Source: Lama guanicoe
Lineage: Eukaryota
NCBI GenBank assembly: GCA_013239625.1
Contig: MU054120.1
Coordinates: 558,001-622,000, forward strand
Direction: 5' to 3'
DNA: 64,000 bases
Shown here one piece after another: positions 63,021-64,000 of the stretch. Both the position numbers and the translations under genes were made by a program. A model generated the notes under the pieces. It worked only from the letters and a program-made list of their open reading frames with translations. It did no database searches and was not told the DNA's origin. The first letter of the stretch is position 1; each line of letters opens with the position of its first letter.

Positions 63021-64000
63021 GTAAGACAGTCCAAAGGACAAATAAATTCTTCAAGGCCACAGTACCATATGCCAAATCAAACCTCATGTATAAAATAAAA
63101 TAATGCTAACATAAGATATGCTACATTTTTTGGGCTCCACACTTATGCAATTGATTAACATAACGTTAAGGCCATACGCCTGACTTGCTGACGACTCACG
63201 CTTCTGTTTTTCAGTTTTCAGAGAAGCTAAGCTGCAGAGGAAGTGAGCTATCCTCCAGCTCTGTGTCCACACCACGTAAATCAAAAACTAGACAGTGTAA
63301 GGGCAGTTCTGGAAAATATGGGCATAAAGGAACTCCTCCTCCTTCCTTCTTCCCGCTCCACCTTTTCTGCCTAAGGCATGAAGACTGATCAGAAGTTCAC
63401 AAAAGCAACTGCCGAGGTCCAGTCCACCGCGGCGGGAGGGTGACTGCTGGGCTCCTCCAGCAAACGCAAAAAGGCAGCATTTCAATGAACTGACACATCA
63501 GATCTCCTCAGGTGTTCTTTAAAAGTAACACATTAATCAGGGGCTAAATAGGGTATTGTCACCCTGACAAAATTTTAGAGGACTGCATCAGAGAAATCTC
63601 CTGAAATTACTCCTCTTGCATACAAACCAGGGCCTGACATTTCCCCAAAAGGACAACGTGGCTCAGAAGTTGCTGCTGTTTCCTTTTCAGTCTTTCTGAA
63701 GAACACTCTCCTGATTAGTGGTCTGACCCTATAGAATATGTTGAGTCTCAGCCAATGTGTTTTCCAGGGTTAGAAAGGAGGAGCAGCCCCCTGTATGAGC
63801 CTCCCTTGAACTAGGTCTGTTAGGTAATATTTGAAGATCCTCTTCCCCAAGCCGTGACTTTTATGTTGGTGCATTTTTTAGAGCATGCTTTTAAACACAT
63901 TCCTTTCTTCTATTTCTAGTCCTCCTTGTCTCCTGCCTAATTTAGAGTTTGCTACATGGTTACCCTGAGTCCAGTTCTTTTCCTCCCTCATTCTTTCCTT

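Overview
AT-rich, repeat-dense eutherian genomic DNA with no protein-coding gene that I can support. All listed ORFs are short, and they are either L1/L2/LTR-derived or look like chance ORFs. Ancient repeats (MIR, L2, old L1M, MER5, hAT-Charlie, MLT1/MLT2, ERVL LTRs) are overlaid by young 5'-truncated L1 3' ends and one ERV1-type solo LTR with an intact 4-bp TSD. The young L1 3' UTRs, and the lack of recognisable Alu/B1/Bov-A/PRE1/Can-SINE, suggest a cetartiodactyl, probably a camelid (inference from recall). The most striking unexplained structure is a 100% identical 240-bp inverted repeat of apparently unique sequence (16823-17062 / 18375-18614) around a 1312-bp spacer. Also notable: a compact orphan promoter-like module (GC box, palindromic CRE, X-box-like site, splice donor in a hairpin) at about 26.8-26.95 kb, a recent 146/153-bp tandem duplication, an internally deleted L1 with a duplicated tail, and serial L1 insertions at one target site. 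Repeat subfamily names and most repeat boundaries come from recall of consensus sequences and are approximate.
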